Of a stretch of 32,000 nucleotides of DNA, positions 8,666 through 17,145 are shown piece by piece (position 1 is the stretch's first letter; the number at the start of each line of letters is the position of its first letter). The stretch is taken from the NCBI RefSeq assembly GCF_000017305.1, contig NC_009664.2, positions 3,630,001-3,662,000 of the forward strand, written 5' to 3'. The notes under the pieces were generated by a model that was given only the letters and a program-made list of their open reading frames with translations, had not been told where the DNA came from and made no database searches. Origin of the DNA: Kineococcus radiotolerans SRS30216 = ATCC BAA-149. GTDB taxonomy: Bacteria; Actinomycetota; Actinomycetes; Actinomycetales; Kineococcaceae. The position numbers and the translations under genes were made by a program.

Positions 8666-9370
8666 ATGGGACTGCTGGACAGGTGGCGCAAGCCGCCCGC
8701 GGGGACCGGCCCCGGCACCCGCCCGACCGGTCGGCGACCACGTCGCCGCACCCGTCGCGCCGACGCCGACGCCGTGGACCCCGCCCTCGGCGAGGCGCAG
8801 CTGCGCGAGGCGCTGCGCGAGGACCCCAACGACGAGACCGCCTTCGACACCCTCGCGGAGCTGGTGCGGACCCGGGCGGCCCTGTCCCACCGCGAGCGGG
8901 TCGGCCTGGACGAGGACACCGGGCCCGACGCCGAGGAGGTGCACCGGGCGGCGGACAACGCCGTCTGGGCGCTGGCCGAGGAGCTGGCCCAGAGCCCCCG
9001 GGCGTGGCGGCCGCTGCTCGTGCTGGGCCGGCTCTCCCTCTCCGACGACCACGAAGCCGCCCTGCGGCGGCTGGGCATCGCCGCCGAGCGCGACAGCAGC
9101 GGGAAGGCCCTGGCCGAGGCCCTGGCCGTCCTGCGCGGGGCGGGGATGAACGACGAGGCCCTCAGCCTCGGGGTCGGGCACTGGCGCCCGCGCGACCACG
9201 ACGTCGAGGCCGGGCGGCACCTGGTGGCCGCGGCCATCGACGCCGGCCGCCTCGCCGAGGCCCGTCGCCACCTCAAGGCCCTGGCCGAGCACCCCGACAC
9301 CGGCCGGGTCGAGCAGCTGCGCGGCGAGCTGGAGGACGCGCTGGCCCGCGCCGACCGCGCCCGGCACTGA
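8666..9370 (+). CDS. Hypothetical helical-repeat (TPR-like) protein with an Arg-rich N-terminus
   Basis: C-terminal part of track ORF 7256..9370. ATG 8666 is preceded by GGAAGGGGA. GC3-saturated. Ala/Leu/Glu-rich repeat-like helices (…EALREDPNDETAFDTLAELV…, …GRLAEARRHLKALAEHPD…). No specific family recognised. Confidence 0.6.
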   Translation: MGLLDRWRKPPAGTGPGTRPTGRRPRRRTRRADADAVDPALGEAQLREALREDPNDETAFDTLAELVRTRAALSHRERVGLDEDTGPDAEEVHRAADNAVWALAEELAQSPRAWRPLLVLGRLSLSDDHEAALRRLGIAAERDSSGKALAEALAVLRGAGMNDEALSLGVGHWRPRDHDVEAGRHLVAAAIDAGRLAEARRHLKALAEHPDTGRVEQLRGELEDALARADRARH

Positions 9371-9403
9371 CCGGACCCGCCCCCGGCGCCCGCACCACCC
9401 GCG

Positions 9404-9449
9404 ACGACCACCGGCCGCCACCCCCGAGGGGGTGGCGGCCGGTGGTCGT
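9404..9449. terminator. Perfect 21-bp GC hairpin (bidirectional terminator candidate) between the helical-repeat gene and aceE
   Basis: ACGACCACCGGCCGCCACCCC-cgag-GGGGTGGCGGCCGGTGGTCGT. Every one of the 21 pairs was checked by hand. It lies between stop 9370 (+) and stop 9464 (-). No U-tract. Confidence 0.6.
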
Positions 9450-9463
9450 TCCCGGGCTCGCGG

Positions 9464-12220
9464 TCAGCTCTCGCCGCCCGCGTTGCCGCTGCGCCCGGCG
9501 CGGACGTCGTGCAGGCGGTACTTCTCGATGGCCTGGCCGGGGGCCCGCCAGTCGACCTCGCCGCGCTTGGCGAGCATCTCCAGGGCGCGCACCGCGACGG
9601 AGGGGCCGTCGATGTGGAAGTAGCGGCGCGCCGCGGCGCGGGTGTCGGAGAGGCCGAACCCGTCGGCGCCGAGGGAGGCGAACTCGCCCGGCACCCACTG
9701 CGCGATCTGGTCGGGCACCTGGCGCATCCAGTCGCTGACCGCCACGACCGGACCGGTCGTGCCGCCGAGCTTCTGGGCCACGTACGGGACGCGGGCCTCC
9801 TCGCCGGGGTTGAGGAAGGCGTGCTCGTCGCAGGCGAGGCCGTCGCGGCGCAGCTCGTTCCAGCTCGTCACCGACCAGACGTCGGCCACGACCCCGAAGT
9901 CGTCCTTCAGCAGCTGCTGGGCCTCCAGCGCCCACGGGACACCGACGCCCGAGGCCAGCAGCTGGGTCCGGGGACCGTCGCCCTCGCCCACGGAGATGCG
10001 GTGCATGCCGCGCAGGATGCCCTCGACGTCGACGTCCGCCGGCTCGGCCGGCATGACCATGGGCTCGTTGTAGACGGTGAGGTAGTAGATGACGTTCTCG
10101 GGGTCCTCGCCGTACATCCGGCGCAGACCGTCCTTGACGATGTGCCCGATCTCGTAGGCGTAGGCGGGGTCGTAGGACACCACCGCCGGGTTCGTCGCCG
10201 CCAGCAGCAGCGAGTGGCCGTCGGCGTGCTGCAGGCCCTCGCCGGTCAGCGTCGTGCGGCCCGCCGTGGCGCCGATCATGAACCCGCGGGCCATGGTGTC
10301 GCTCGCGGCCCAGATGTTGTCGCCGGTGCGCTGGAACCCGAACATCGAGTAGAAGACGTAGATCGGGACCATCGGCTGCCCGTGCGTCGCGTAGGACGAA
10401 CCGGCTGCGGTGAAGGCCGCGATGGACCCGCCCTCGTTGATGCCGACGTGCAGGATCTGGCCGTCGGTGGCCTCCTTGTAGGCGAGCATCAGCTCGCGGT
10501 CCACGGAGGTGTAGTTCTGCCCGTGCGGGTTGTAGATCTTGATCGTCGGGAAGAGCGAGTCCATCCCGAAGGTCCGGGCCTCGTCGGGGATGATCGGGAC
10601 GACCCGCTTGCCGAACTCCTTGTCCCGCATGAGGTCCTTGAGCAGGCGGACGAACGCCATGGTGGTGGCGATCTCCTGCTTGCCCGAGCCCTTGGCGGCG
10701 ATCTTGTAGGAGTCCTCGCCGGGCAGGTGCAGCGGAGCGTGCTGGACGCGGCGCTGCGGGACGGGCCCGCCGAGGTCGGTGCGGCGCTTGCGCAGGTACT
10801 GGATCGCCTCGTCGCCCTCACCGGGGTGGAAGTACGGCGGGCGGTAGGGGTCCTTCTCCAGCTGCTCGTCGCTGATCGGGATGCGCAGCGAGTCGCGCAG
10901 GAGCTTGAGGTCCTCCAGGGTCAGCTTCTTCATCTGGTGGGTCGCGTTGCGCCCGGCGAAGTGCGGCCCCAGCCCGTAGCCCTTGATGGTCTTGGCCAGG
11001 ATCACCGTCGGCTGCCCGGTGTGGTTCACCGCCGCCTGGTAGGCCGCGTGCACCTTGCGGTAGTCGTGGCCGCCGCGCTTGAGGTTCCAGACCTCGTCGT
11101 CGGACATGCCCTCGACGAGCTTCGCGGTGCGCGGGTCGCGCCCGAAGAAGTTCTCCTTGACGAAGGCCCCGTTCTCGGCCTTGAACGTCTGGTAGTCCCC
11201 GTCGGGGGTGGCGTTCATGAGGTCCACCAGCGCGCCCTGGTGGTCGGCGGCGAGCAGGGTGTCCCACTCGCGGCCCCACAGGACCTTGATGACGTTCCAG
11301 CCCGCACCGCGGAAGAACGACTCGAGCTCCTGGACGATCTTCCCGTTGCCGCGCACCGGCCCGTCGAGGCGCTGCAGGTTGCAGTTCACGACGAACGTGA
11401 GGTTGTCGAGCCCCTCGTAGGCCGCGAGCTGGGCGAAGCCGCGCGACTCCGGCTCGTCCATCTCGCCGTCACCGAGGTAGGCCCAGACGTGCTGCTGCGA
11501 GGTGTCCTTGAAGCCGCGGTCGTGCAGGTACCTGTTGAACTGCGCCTGGTAGATCGCGTTCGCCGGGCCCAGACCCATCGAGACCGTCGGGAACTCCCAG
11601 AAGTCCGGCATGAGCCGGGGGTGGGGGTACGACGACAGCCCGTTCGGGGCCTTGGAGACCTCCTGGCGGAACCCGTCGAGCTGCTCCTCGCTGAGACGGC
11701 CCTCGAGGAAGGCGCGCGCGTAGACGCCGGGGGAGGCGTGGCCCTGGATGAAGACCTGGTCCCCGCCGCCGGCGTGGTCCTTGCCGCGGAAGAAGTGGTT
11801 GAAGCCCACCTCGTACAGCGTCGCCGAGGAGGCGTAGGTGGAGATGTGGCCCCCGACGCCGATCCCGGGCTGCTGGGCGCGGTGCACCATGACCGCCGCG
11901 TTCCACCGGATCCAGGCGCGGTAGCGGCGCTCGACCTCCTCGTCGCCCGGGAACGTGGGTTCGCTCTCGGGGCCGATGGTGTTGACGTAGTCCGTCGTGG
12001 TCAGGCTCGGGACCCCGACCTGGCGCTCGCGGGCGCGCTGCAGCAGCTGCAGCACGAGGTACCGGGCGCGGGTGCTGCCCCGCTCGTCCACGAGGCCGTC
12101 GAGGGAGGCCAGCCACTCGGCCGTCTCCTCGGGGTCGATGTCCGGCAACTGCGAGAGCAGGCCGTCGAGGATGGGGCCCTTGCCGGCGGGGGCGTTGCCC
12201 GCCTCATCGCGTCTGGCCAC
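9464..12220 (-). CDS. aceE: Pyruvate dehydrogenase E1 component, homodimeric type
   Basis: 918 aa. ThDP-binding region [12 protein letters not shown]. Full-length similarity to AceE-type E1 as I know it. GTG 12220 with GGGAGG 9 nt upstream. Confidence 0.97.
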   Translation of the reverse strand: MARRDEAGNAPAGKGPILDGLLSQLPDIDPEETAEWLASLDGLVDERGSTRARYLVLQLLQRARERQVGVPSLTTTDYVNTIGPESEPTFPGDEEVERRYRAWIRWNAAVMVHRAQQPGIGVGGHISTYASSATLYEVGFNHFFRGKDHAGGGDQVFIQGHASPGVYARAFLEGRLSEEQLDGFRQEVSKAPNGLSSYPHPRLMPDFWEFPTVSMGLGPANAIYQAQFNRYLHDRGFKDTSQQHVWAYLGDGEMDEPESRGFAQLAAYEGLDNLTFVVNCNLQRLDGPVRGNGKIVQELESFFRGAGWNVIKVLWGREWDTLLAADHQGALVDLMNATPDGDYQTFKAENGAFVKENFFGRDPRTAKLVEGMSDDEVWNLKRGGHDYRKVHAAYQAAVNHTGQPTVILAKTIKGYGLGPHFAGRNATHQMKKLTLEDLKLLRDSLRIPISDEQLEKDPYRPPYFHPGEGDEAIQYLRKRRTDLGGPVPQRRVQHAPLHLPGEDSYKIAAKGSGKQEIATTMAFVRLLKDLMRDKEFGKRVVPIIPDEARTFGMDSLFPTIKIYNPHGQNYTSVDRELMLAYKEATDGQILHVGINEGGSIAAFTAAGSSYATHGQPMVPIYVFYSMFGFQRTGDNIWAASDTMARGFMIGATAGRTTLTGEGLQHADGHSLLLAATNPAVVSYDPAYAYEIGHIVKDGLRRMYGEDPENVIYYLTVYNEPMVMPAEPADVDVEGILRGMHRISVGEGDGPRTQLLASGVGVPWALEAQQLLKDDFGVVADVWSVTSWNELRRDGLACDEHAFLNPGEEARVPYVAQKLGGTTGPVVAVSDWMRQVPDQIAQWVPGEFASLGADGFGLSDTRAAARRYFHIDGPSVAVRALEMLAKRGEVDWRAPGQAIEKYRLHDVRAGRSGNAGGES

Positions 12221-12292
12221 GGTGGTGGTCCTCCCGCTGTCGTCGAGGGTCCCGCGGTCAGCGGGCCCAGCTACCTGGACTCAGGTCCGGTC

Positions 12293-13186
12293 TCAGGTTA
12301 GGACTGCCGTCGGACAGGCACCCACCCCGGTCTCCCCGGAGGCCCCGGGAGGCACCAGCCGGTCCTCCCGGGAGTAGGCGTTGGCCCGCGGCGGGCGCAC
12401 GAAGCCGAGCAGCGTCATCCCGACCTCCCGGGCCAGCGAGACCGCCAGCGAGGACGGGGCCGAGACCGCGGCCAGCACCGGGACCCCGGCCATCGCCGCC
12501 TTCTGCACCAGCTCGAAGGAGGCCCGCCCGGAGACGACCAGCACGCTGCCGCGCAGCGGGAGCAGCCCCTCGCGCAGGCCCCAGCCGACGACCTTGTCCA
12601 CGGCGTTGTGCCGCCCGACGTCCTCGCGCAGGCAGCGCAGGGCGCCGGTGGCGTCGAAGAGCCCCGCGGCGTGCAGCCCGCCGGTGCGCTCGAAGGCGGA
12701 CTGCGCGGCGCGCAGGGTGTCGGGCAGGCCGGCCAGGACGTCGGTGCCCACCCGCACCGGGTCCGCGTGCAGCGGGGCGGGCACCCGGGCCAGGACGTCC
12801 TCGACGCTGGCCGAGCCGCAGACCCCGCAGGCCGACGTCGTGGTGAACGGGCGGGCGACGCGCTCCCCGGCCAGCCGGCTGCCGGGGCGGGCCGCGATCC
12901 GCAGCAGGTTGTAGGTGGGTTCGCCGTCGGGGCCGAGGTCGGTGCAGTGCACCGCGGACACGACGTCCTCGGCCGCGGTGAGCAGGCCCTCGGCGTGCAG
13001 GAAGCCCAGCGCGAGGTCGACGTCGTCGCCGGGGGTGCGCATCGTGACGGTCAGCTGCTCGCCGTCGACCTCCAGCTGCAGGGGTTCCTCGACGGCGAGG
13101 GTGTCGGCGCGTGCGCGGGCCGACCCGTCATCGAGGTCGAGCCGGGTGGTGCGCGCACGGACGGTGACCCTTCCCACGGGCCCCAC
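12293..13186 (-). CDS. fdhD: Formate dehydrogenase accessory sulfurtransferase FdhD
   Basis: C-terminal ~297 aa of track ORF 12293..13729. Cysteine loop TSACGVCGSASV and the GRHNAVDK motif are present. Start is ambiguous (GTG 13186 or GTG 13177). The C-terminal tail is about 20 aa longer than I expect for FdhD. Confidence 0.85.
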   Translation of the reverse strand: MGPVGRVTVRARTTRLDLDDGSARARADTLAVEEPLQLEVDGEQLTVTMRTPGDDVDLALGFLHAEGLLTAAEDVVSAVHCTDLGPDGEPTYNLLRIAARPGSRLAGERVARPFTTTSACGVCGSASVEDVLARVPAPLHADPVRVGTDVLAGLPDTLRAAQSAFERTGGLHAAGLFDATGALRCLREDVGRHNAVDKVVGWGLREGLLPLRGSVLVVSGRASFELVQKAAMAGVPVLAAVSAPSSLAVSLAREVGMTLLGFVRPPRANAYSREDRLVPPGASGETGVGACPTAVLT

Positions 13187-13375
13187 CCTGCCACCCCGCG
13201 GGCCTCCCGGCAGCCCCGCCGCGGGGGGCGGGCGCGGGGCGTGGTGGGCTCCTCCCCCCGGCGCCCGGCGCTTCGCCTTGCGCTGGGGGTGCACTGTCCG
13301 GTGCACTAGGAGGTCACGAGCACGTTCAGCGTCCCCGCCGACCGGGAGCGGGGCTGGAGGAAGGCAGGACACCGA

Positions 13376-13804
13376 GTGGGTGCCACCGCGGACCCTGCGG
13401 CCGATGAGGCTGCAGTGGCCAAGCTGGGCTTCAAGTCCGGGCAACTGGTCCAGGAGCTCGGCTGGGACGAGCAGGTCGACGAGGACTTCCGGGAGGCCGT
13501 CGAGGACCTGATCGGCAGCGAGCTGCTCGACGAGGACGCCGACGACGTCGCGGACGTCGTGATCTGCTGGTACCGCGAGGGTGACGGTGATCTGGTGGAC
13601 GCTCTCGTCGACGCCATCACCAACCTCGCCGACGGCGGCATCGTCTGGCTCCTGACCCCCAAGAAGGGCCGCCCGGGCCACGTGCCCGCGGCCGAGATCG
13701 ACGAGGCGGCCCCCACGGCCGGCCTGCACGCCACCACGAGCGTCAGCGCCTGCGCCAACTGGGCGGGCACGCGCATGACGACGCCGAAGAGCGGCCGCCG
13801 CTGA
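13376..13804 (+). CDS. DUF3052 domain-containing protein (Rv2239c-like)
   Basis: GTG 13376 with GGAGGAAGG upstream. The acidic core LVQELGWDEQVDEDFREAVEDLIGSELLDEDADDV… and …TPKKGRPGHV… match the DUF3052 family as I remember it. It is adjacent to ahpE, as in mycobacteria. Confidence 0.8.
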   Translation: MGATADPAADEAAVAKLGFKSGQLVQELGWDEQVDEDFREAVEDLIGSELLDEDADDVADVVICWYREGDGDLVDALVDAITNLADGGIVWLLTPKKGRPGHVPAAEIDEAAPTAGLHATTSVSACANWAGTRMTTPKSGRR

Positions 13805-13809
13805 GCACG

Positions 13810-14283
13810 GTGCCGCACCACGACCCCCCGGGACCGGGGGACGCCTTCCCCGTCCCGGGGGCCGTGGTCCCCGACCAGCACGGGGAGCGCCTGCCCCTGC
13901 GGGAGCTGTGGGCGCAGGGACCCGCGCTGCTGGTGCTGGTGCCGGCGGCGTTCTCGACCCACTGCACCGCCGAGCTGGGGGCGCTGGCCTTCGAGATCGA
14001 GCGCTTCGACGCGGCCGGGGTCCAGCTGGCCGCGCTGTCCTGCGACCCGGTGACCTCCCTGCGCGCGTGGGGCGAGGACCGGGTCTACCCCTTCCCGCTG
14101 CTCAGCGACTTCTGGCCGCACGGGGCGGTGTCGCGCGCGCTGGGGGCCTTCGACGAGGACCTGGGTGTCGCGCAGCGGCTGTCGCTGCTCGTCGTCGACG
14201 GGACCGTCCGCTGGTCCCTGCGCGGGGACCTGGGCGCGCCCCGCTCGCTGAAGCGCCACCTGGCGGCTCTCGACGAGGTGTGA
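13810..14283 (+). CDS. ahpE: 1-Cys peroxiredoxin, AhpE-like
   Basis: 157 aa. Peroxidatic Cys context PAAFSTHCTAEL in a thioredoxin-fold Prx layout. Synteny with DUF3052 and aceE as for Rv2238c. Confidence 0.85.
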   Translation: MPHHDPPGPGDAFPVPGAVVPDQHGERLPLRELWAQGPALLVLVPAAFSTHCTAELGALAFEIERFDAAGVQLAALSCDPVTSLRAWGEDRVYPFPLLSDFWPHGAVSRALGAFDEDLGVAQRLSLLVVDGTVRWSLRGDLGAPRSLKRHLAALDEV

Positions 14284-14285
14284 GG

Positions 14286-14358
14286 TGGGCCCGGCCGGGC
14301 TCGAACCGACGACAGCCGCGGTGTAAGCGCGGTGCTCTACCAACTGAGCTACGGGCCC
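14286..14358 (-). tRNA. tRNA-Val (anticodon UAC)
   Basis: The reverse complement folds by hand into a 73-nt cloverleaf: GGGCCCG/TA/GCTC-AGTTGGTA-GAGC/A/CCGCG-CTTACAC-CGCGG/CTGTC/GTCGG-TTCGAGC-CCGGC/CGGGCCC/A. Anticodon TAC. CCA is not encoded. Confidence 0.95.
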
Positions 14359-14389
14359 CGACCAGGCCCACGGTAGCGGTCCCGGCCAC

Positions 14390-14395
14390 TAGTGT
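14390..14395 (+). promoter_or_regulatory. -10-like hexamer TAGTGT upstream of the Nif3-like gene
   Basis: CACTAGTGTC (14387-14396) contains TAGTGT. An in-frame GTG at 14404 lies 8 nt downstream. The same 10-mer precedes the LLM oxidoreductase start on the other strand (29556-29565). Confidence 0.35.
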
Positions 14396-15291
14396 CAGAG
14401 CCCGTGATCCCCCCGGACGGCGCACCCCCCACCCTCCAGCAGGTCACCGACGCCCTCGAGGTGATGCACCCGCTGGACCGGGCGCAGCCCTGGGACGCGG
14501 TCGGGCTGGTCTGCGGCGACCCCGACGCCCCCGTGCGCCGGGTCCACTTCGCCGTCGACCCCGTCGAGGCCGCGGTGGAGGAGGCGATCGCCGCCGGGGC
14601 GGACCTGCTGGTCACCCACCACCCGCTGCTGCTGCGCCCGGTGAGCTCCGTGGCCGCGACGACGTTCAAGGGGCGGCTGGTGCACCGCGCGGTCCGGGCC
14701 GGTCTGGCCCTGTACGTCGCGCACACCAACGCCGACGCGGGCACCCCGGGCGTCTCCGACGCGCTGGCCCGCGTCCTGGACCTCGACGACCTCCTCCCGC
14801 TGGAGCCCCTGCCGGGCCGTCCCGAGCTCGGCATCGGCCGGGTCGGGAACCTCGCCGCCCCCGAGCGCCTCGGCGACTTCGCCGACCGCGTGGCCCGCGC
14901 CCTGCCCGAGACCGAGCAGGGGGTCCGCGTCGCCGGCGACGCCGACGCCCTCGTCCAGCGGGTCGCGGTGTGCGGGGGGTCGGGCGACGGCCTCTTCGAC
15001 CGGGTCCGCGCCAGCGGGGCCGACGTCTACGTCACCGCCGACCTGCGCCACCACCCCGCCTCGGAGGCCCGCGAGCGCGCGAGGTTCGAGCGCGGCCCGG
15101 GGGAGGGGGCCGAGTCGGGCCGTCCGTTCCTGGTCGACGTGGCCCACTGGGCCAGCGAGTGGCCCTGGCTGGCGGGGTGCGCGGACCGCCTGGTGGTGGC
15201 GCTGGCCGCCGACGGCCGTACGGTGGTCGCCCACGTGTCCACCACGCGCACCGACCCCTGGACGTTGCGCGTCCCCAGCCGAGGAGAGTGA
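14392..15291 (+). CDS. Nif3-like dinuclear metal centre protein
   Basis: 299 aa with THHPLL and TADLRHHP motifs typical of the NIF3/YbgI family. Start is GTG 14392 per the track, but GTG 14404 is an equally good leaderless alternative. Confidence 0.85.
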   Translation: MSEPVIPPDGAPPTLQQVTDALEVMHPLDRAQPWDAVGLVCGDPDAPVRRVHFAVDPVEAAVEEAIAAGADLLVTHHPLLLRPVSSVAATTFKGRLVHRAVRAGLALYVAHTNADAGTPGVSDALARVLDLDDLLPLEPLPGRPELGIGRVGNLAAPERLGDFADRVARALPETEQGVRVAGDADALVQRVAVCGGSGDGLFDRVRASGADVYVTADLRHHPASEARERARFERGPGEGAESGRPFLVDVAHWASEWPWLAGCADRLVVALAADGRTVVAHVSTTRTDPWTLRVPSRGE

Positions 15292-15299
15292 GCCGGCGC

Positions 15300-16043
15300 A
15301 TGCCGAAGGCTCCGGCGATCGACCAGCAGCGACTGCTGGACCTGCAAGCGCTCGACACCCGCCTGGCCCAGCTGGCGCACCGTCGCCGGACGCTGCCCGA
15401 GCAGGTCGAGCTGGACGGGCTGGAGAAGGAGCGCCGCCGCGCCGCGGACGTGCTCGTCGCCGCCCGCACCCTGGTCGGCGACGCCGAGCGGCAGGTCGCG
15501 AAGGCCGAGGCCGACGTCGCGCAGGTGCGCGAGCGCGCCGACCGCAACACCGCGCGGCTGCGGTCGGGCGGTGTCTCGGCCAAGGACGCGCAGGCCCTGG
15601 AGCACGAGCTGGAGTCCCTCGGGCGCCGTCAGGGCGTGCTCGAGGAGGAGGAGCTGCTCGTCATGGAGCGCCTGGAGCAGGCGCAGTTCGCCGCGGCCGA
15701 GCTGACCACCAACGACGCCGAGCTGGCCGAGCAGATCACCGAGGTCACCGCGCGCCGCGACGAGGCGCTGGCCGGCATCGCGCGCGAGGAGACCGCGACG
15801 CTGGCGCGTCGCCAGGCGATCGTCATGGGCATCGACGACGCCCTCGTCGCGCTCTACGAGAAGGTCCGCGCCCCCCGCGGCGGGGTCGGGGCGGCGATGC
15901 TGCGCGCGCGCCGGTGCGAGGGGTGCCGCCTGGAGCTGAACGCCTCCGACCTGGGCGTCATCCGCGCCACGGCCTCCGACGAGGTCGTCTTCTGCGAGGA
16001 GTGCGGCCGGATCCTGGTGCGCACGGACGAATCGGGGGTCTGA
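15300..16043 (+). CDS. Coiled-coil protein with C-terminal C4 zinc ribbon (DUF164/Rv2229c-like)
   Basis: ATG 15300, inside over-extended track ORF 13908..16043. Long coiled-coil-like sequence followed by RCEGCRLEL…FCEECGRIL. Follows the Nif3 gene as in many bacteria. Confidence 0.85.
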   Translation: MPKAPAIDQQRLLDLQALDTRLAQLAHRRRTLPEQVELDGLEKERRRAADVLVAARTLVGDAERQVAKAEADVAQVRERADRNTARLRSGGVSAKDAQALEHELESLGRRQGVLEEEELLVMERLEQAQFAAAELTTNDAELAEQITEVTARRDEALAGIAREETATLARRQAIVMGIDDALVALYEKVRAPRGGVGAAMLRARRCEGCRLELNASDLGVIRATASDEVVFCEECGRILVRTDESGV

Positions 16044-16044
16044 G

Positions 16045-17145
16045 GTGGGCCGGCGGCTGCGCGTCGAGGCCGACGGGGGGTCCCGGGGCAACCCCGGGCC
16101 CGCGGGCTACGGGGCGGTGGTCAAGGACGCCGCGACGGGGGAGGTCCTCGCCGAGGTCGCGGAGTCCATCGGGCGGGCCACCAACAACGTCGCCGAGTAC
16201 CGGGGACTGGTCGCGGGGCTGCGGGCCGCGCAGGCCGTCGACCCCGAGGCGAGCGTGGAGGTCCGGATGGACTCCAAGCTCGTCGTGGAGCAGATGTCGG
16301 GGCGCTGGCAGGTCAAGCACGCGGACATGCGCGCCCTGGCCCAGGAGGCCCGCTCGCTGGTGCGACCGGGGCTGGTGGACTTCGGCTGGATCCCGCGCGC
16401 GCAGAACTCCCACGCCGACCGGCTCGCCAACGAGGCGATGGACGCCGCCGCGGCCGGTCGCGCGTGGCAGCGGGCGGGCGCGAGCGGGACGGCGTCCCCG
16501 GCCGCCGCGGCTCCCCCCGCCGCGGAGGCGGACCCCGACGCGCCGCCGACGGTGCTCGTGCTCGTGCGCCACGGCTCGACGGCGCTGACCGAGCAGCGCC
16601 GGGTCTCCGGCCGGTACGGGGAGGACCCGGAGCTGTCGGACCGGGGTCGGGCCGAGGCGGCGGCCGCCGCGACCTGCTGGGACGTTCAGGACGCCGACGT
16701 CGTCGTGACCTCCACGCTGCGCCGCTCGCAGCAGACCGCGCGGATCATCGCCGAGGCGCTGGGCGCGGACGTCGTCGTGGACCCGCAGTGGGACGAGACG
16801 GACTTCGGGGAGTGGGACGGCCTGACCGCCGGCGAGGTCGTGAAGCGCTGGCCGCGGGAGTTCGCCGCCTGGAACGACTCCCCGGAGGCGGCGCCGCCGG
16901 GCGGGGAGTCGATCGCGACGGTGGAGCGCCGGGTGCTGGCCGCCCGCGACGACCTGCTGCGGCGCTGGGCGGGTCGCCGGGTGGTCCTGGTCAGCCACGG
17001 CGACCCGCTGCGGGTCCTGCTCCGCTCGGTCCTCGGCGTCGACGGGCGGATGCAGCGCCGGATCCACGTGGACCCGGGCTCGCGGACCCTGCTGCGCTAC
17101 CGCGCCGACGGGACGGGCGAGGTCCTGGCGGTCAACCGGGTGTGA
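16045..17145 (+). CDS. Bifunctional RNase H / histidine (acid) phosphatase, Rv2228c-like
   Basis: N-terminal RNase H-like domain (EADGGSRGNPGPAGYG…NNVAEYRGL…HADRLAN), an Ala/Pro linker, then a histidine-phosphatase domain with LVRHGST. GTG 16045 lies 1 nt after the previous stop. Confidence 0.9.
   Translation: MGRRLRVEADGGSRGNPGPAGYGAVVKDAATGEVLAEVAESIGRATNNVAEYRGLVAGLRAAQAVDPEASVEVRMDSKLVVEQMSGRWQVKHADMRALAQEARSLVRPGLVDFGWIPRAQNSHADRLANEAMDAAAAGRAWQRAGASGTASPAAAAPPAAEADPDAPPTVLVLVRHGSTALTEQRRVSGRYGEDPELSDRGRAEAAAAATCWDVQDADVVVTSTLRRSQQTARIIAEALGADVVVDPQWDETDFGEWDGLTAGEVVKRWPREFAAWNDSPEAAPPGGESIATVERRVLAARDDLLRRWAGRRVVLVSHGDPLRVLLRSVLGVDGRMQRRIHVDPGSRTLLRYRADGTGEVLAVNRV

Noticed and set aside
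9509-12301. 930-aa ORF on the plus strand antisense to aceE
   Set aside because: This is a typical high-GC shadow ORF. Its composition is dominated by Arg/Gly/Val/Asp/Leu from the reverse-complement codons of a real gene. It has no recognisable domain, and the opposite strand encodes a full-length, motif-bearing AceE.
13308-13313. AGGAGG as the ribosome-binding site of a hidden small ORF
   Set aside because: No ATG, GTG or TTG lies within a usable distance downstream in any frame I read. It is kept only as an oddity within the finding on the GGTGCACT repeats.
13306-14343. 345-aa minus-strand ORF beginning MVEHRAYTAAVVGSSPAGPT
   Set aside because: The N-terminus is simply the translation of the tRNA-Val gene. 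The rest is antisense to ahpE and the DUF3052 gene.
14286-14358. Possibility that tRNA-Val or rnpB marks an integrated mobile element or genomic island
   Set aside because: No integrase, recombinase, transposase or phage gene is present, and I found no duplicated tRNA 3' segment. Flanking genes on both sides of the tRNA follow the conserved mycobacterial-type synteny.
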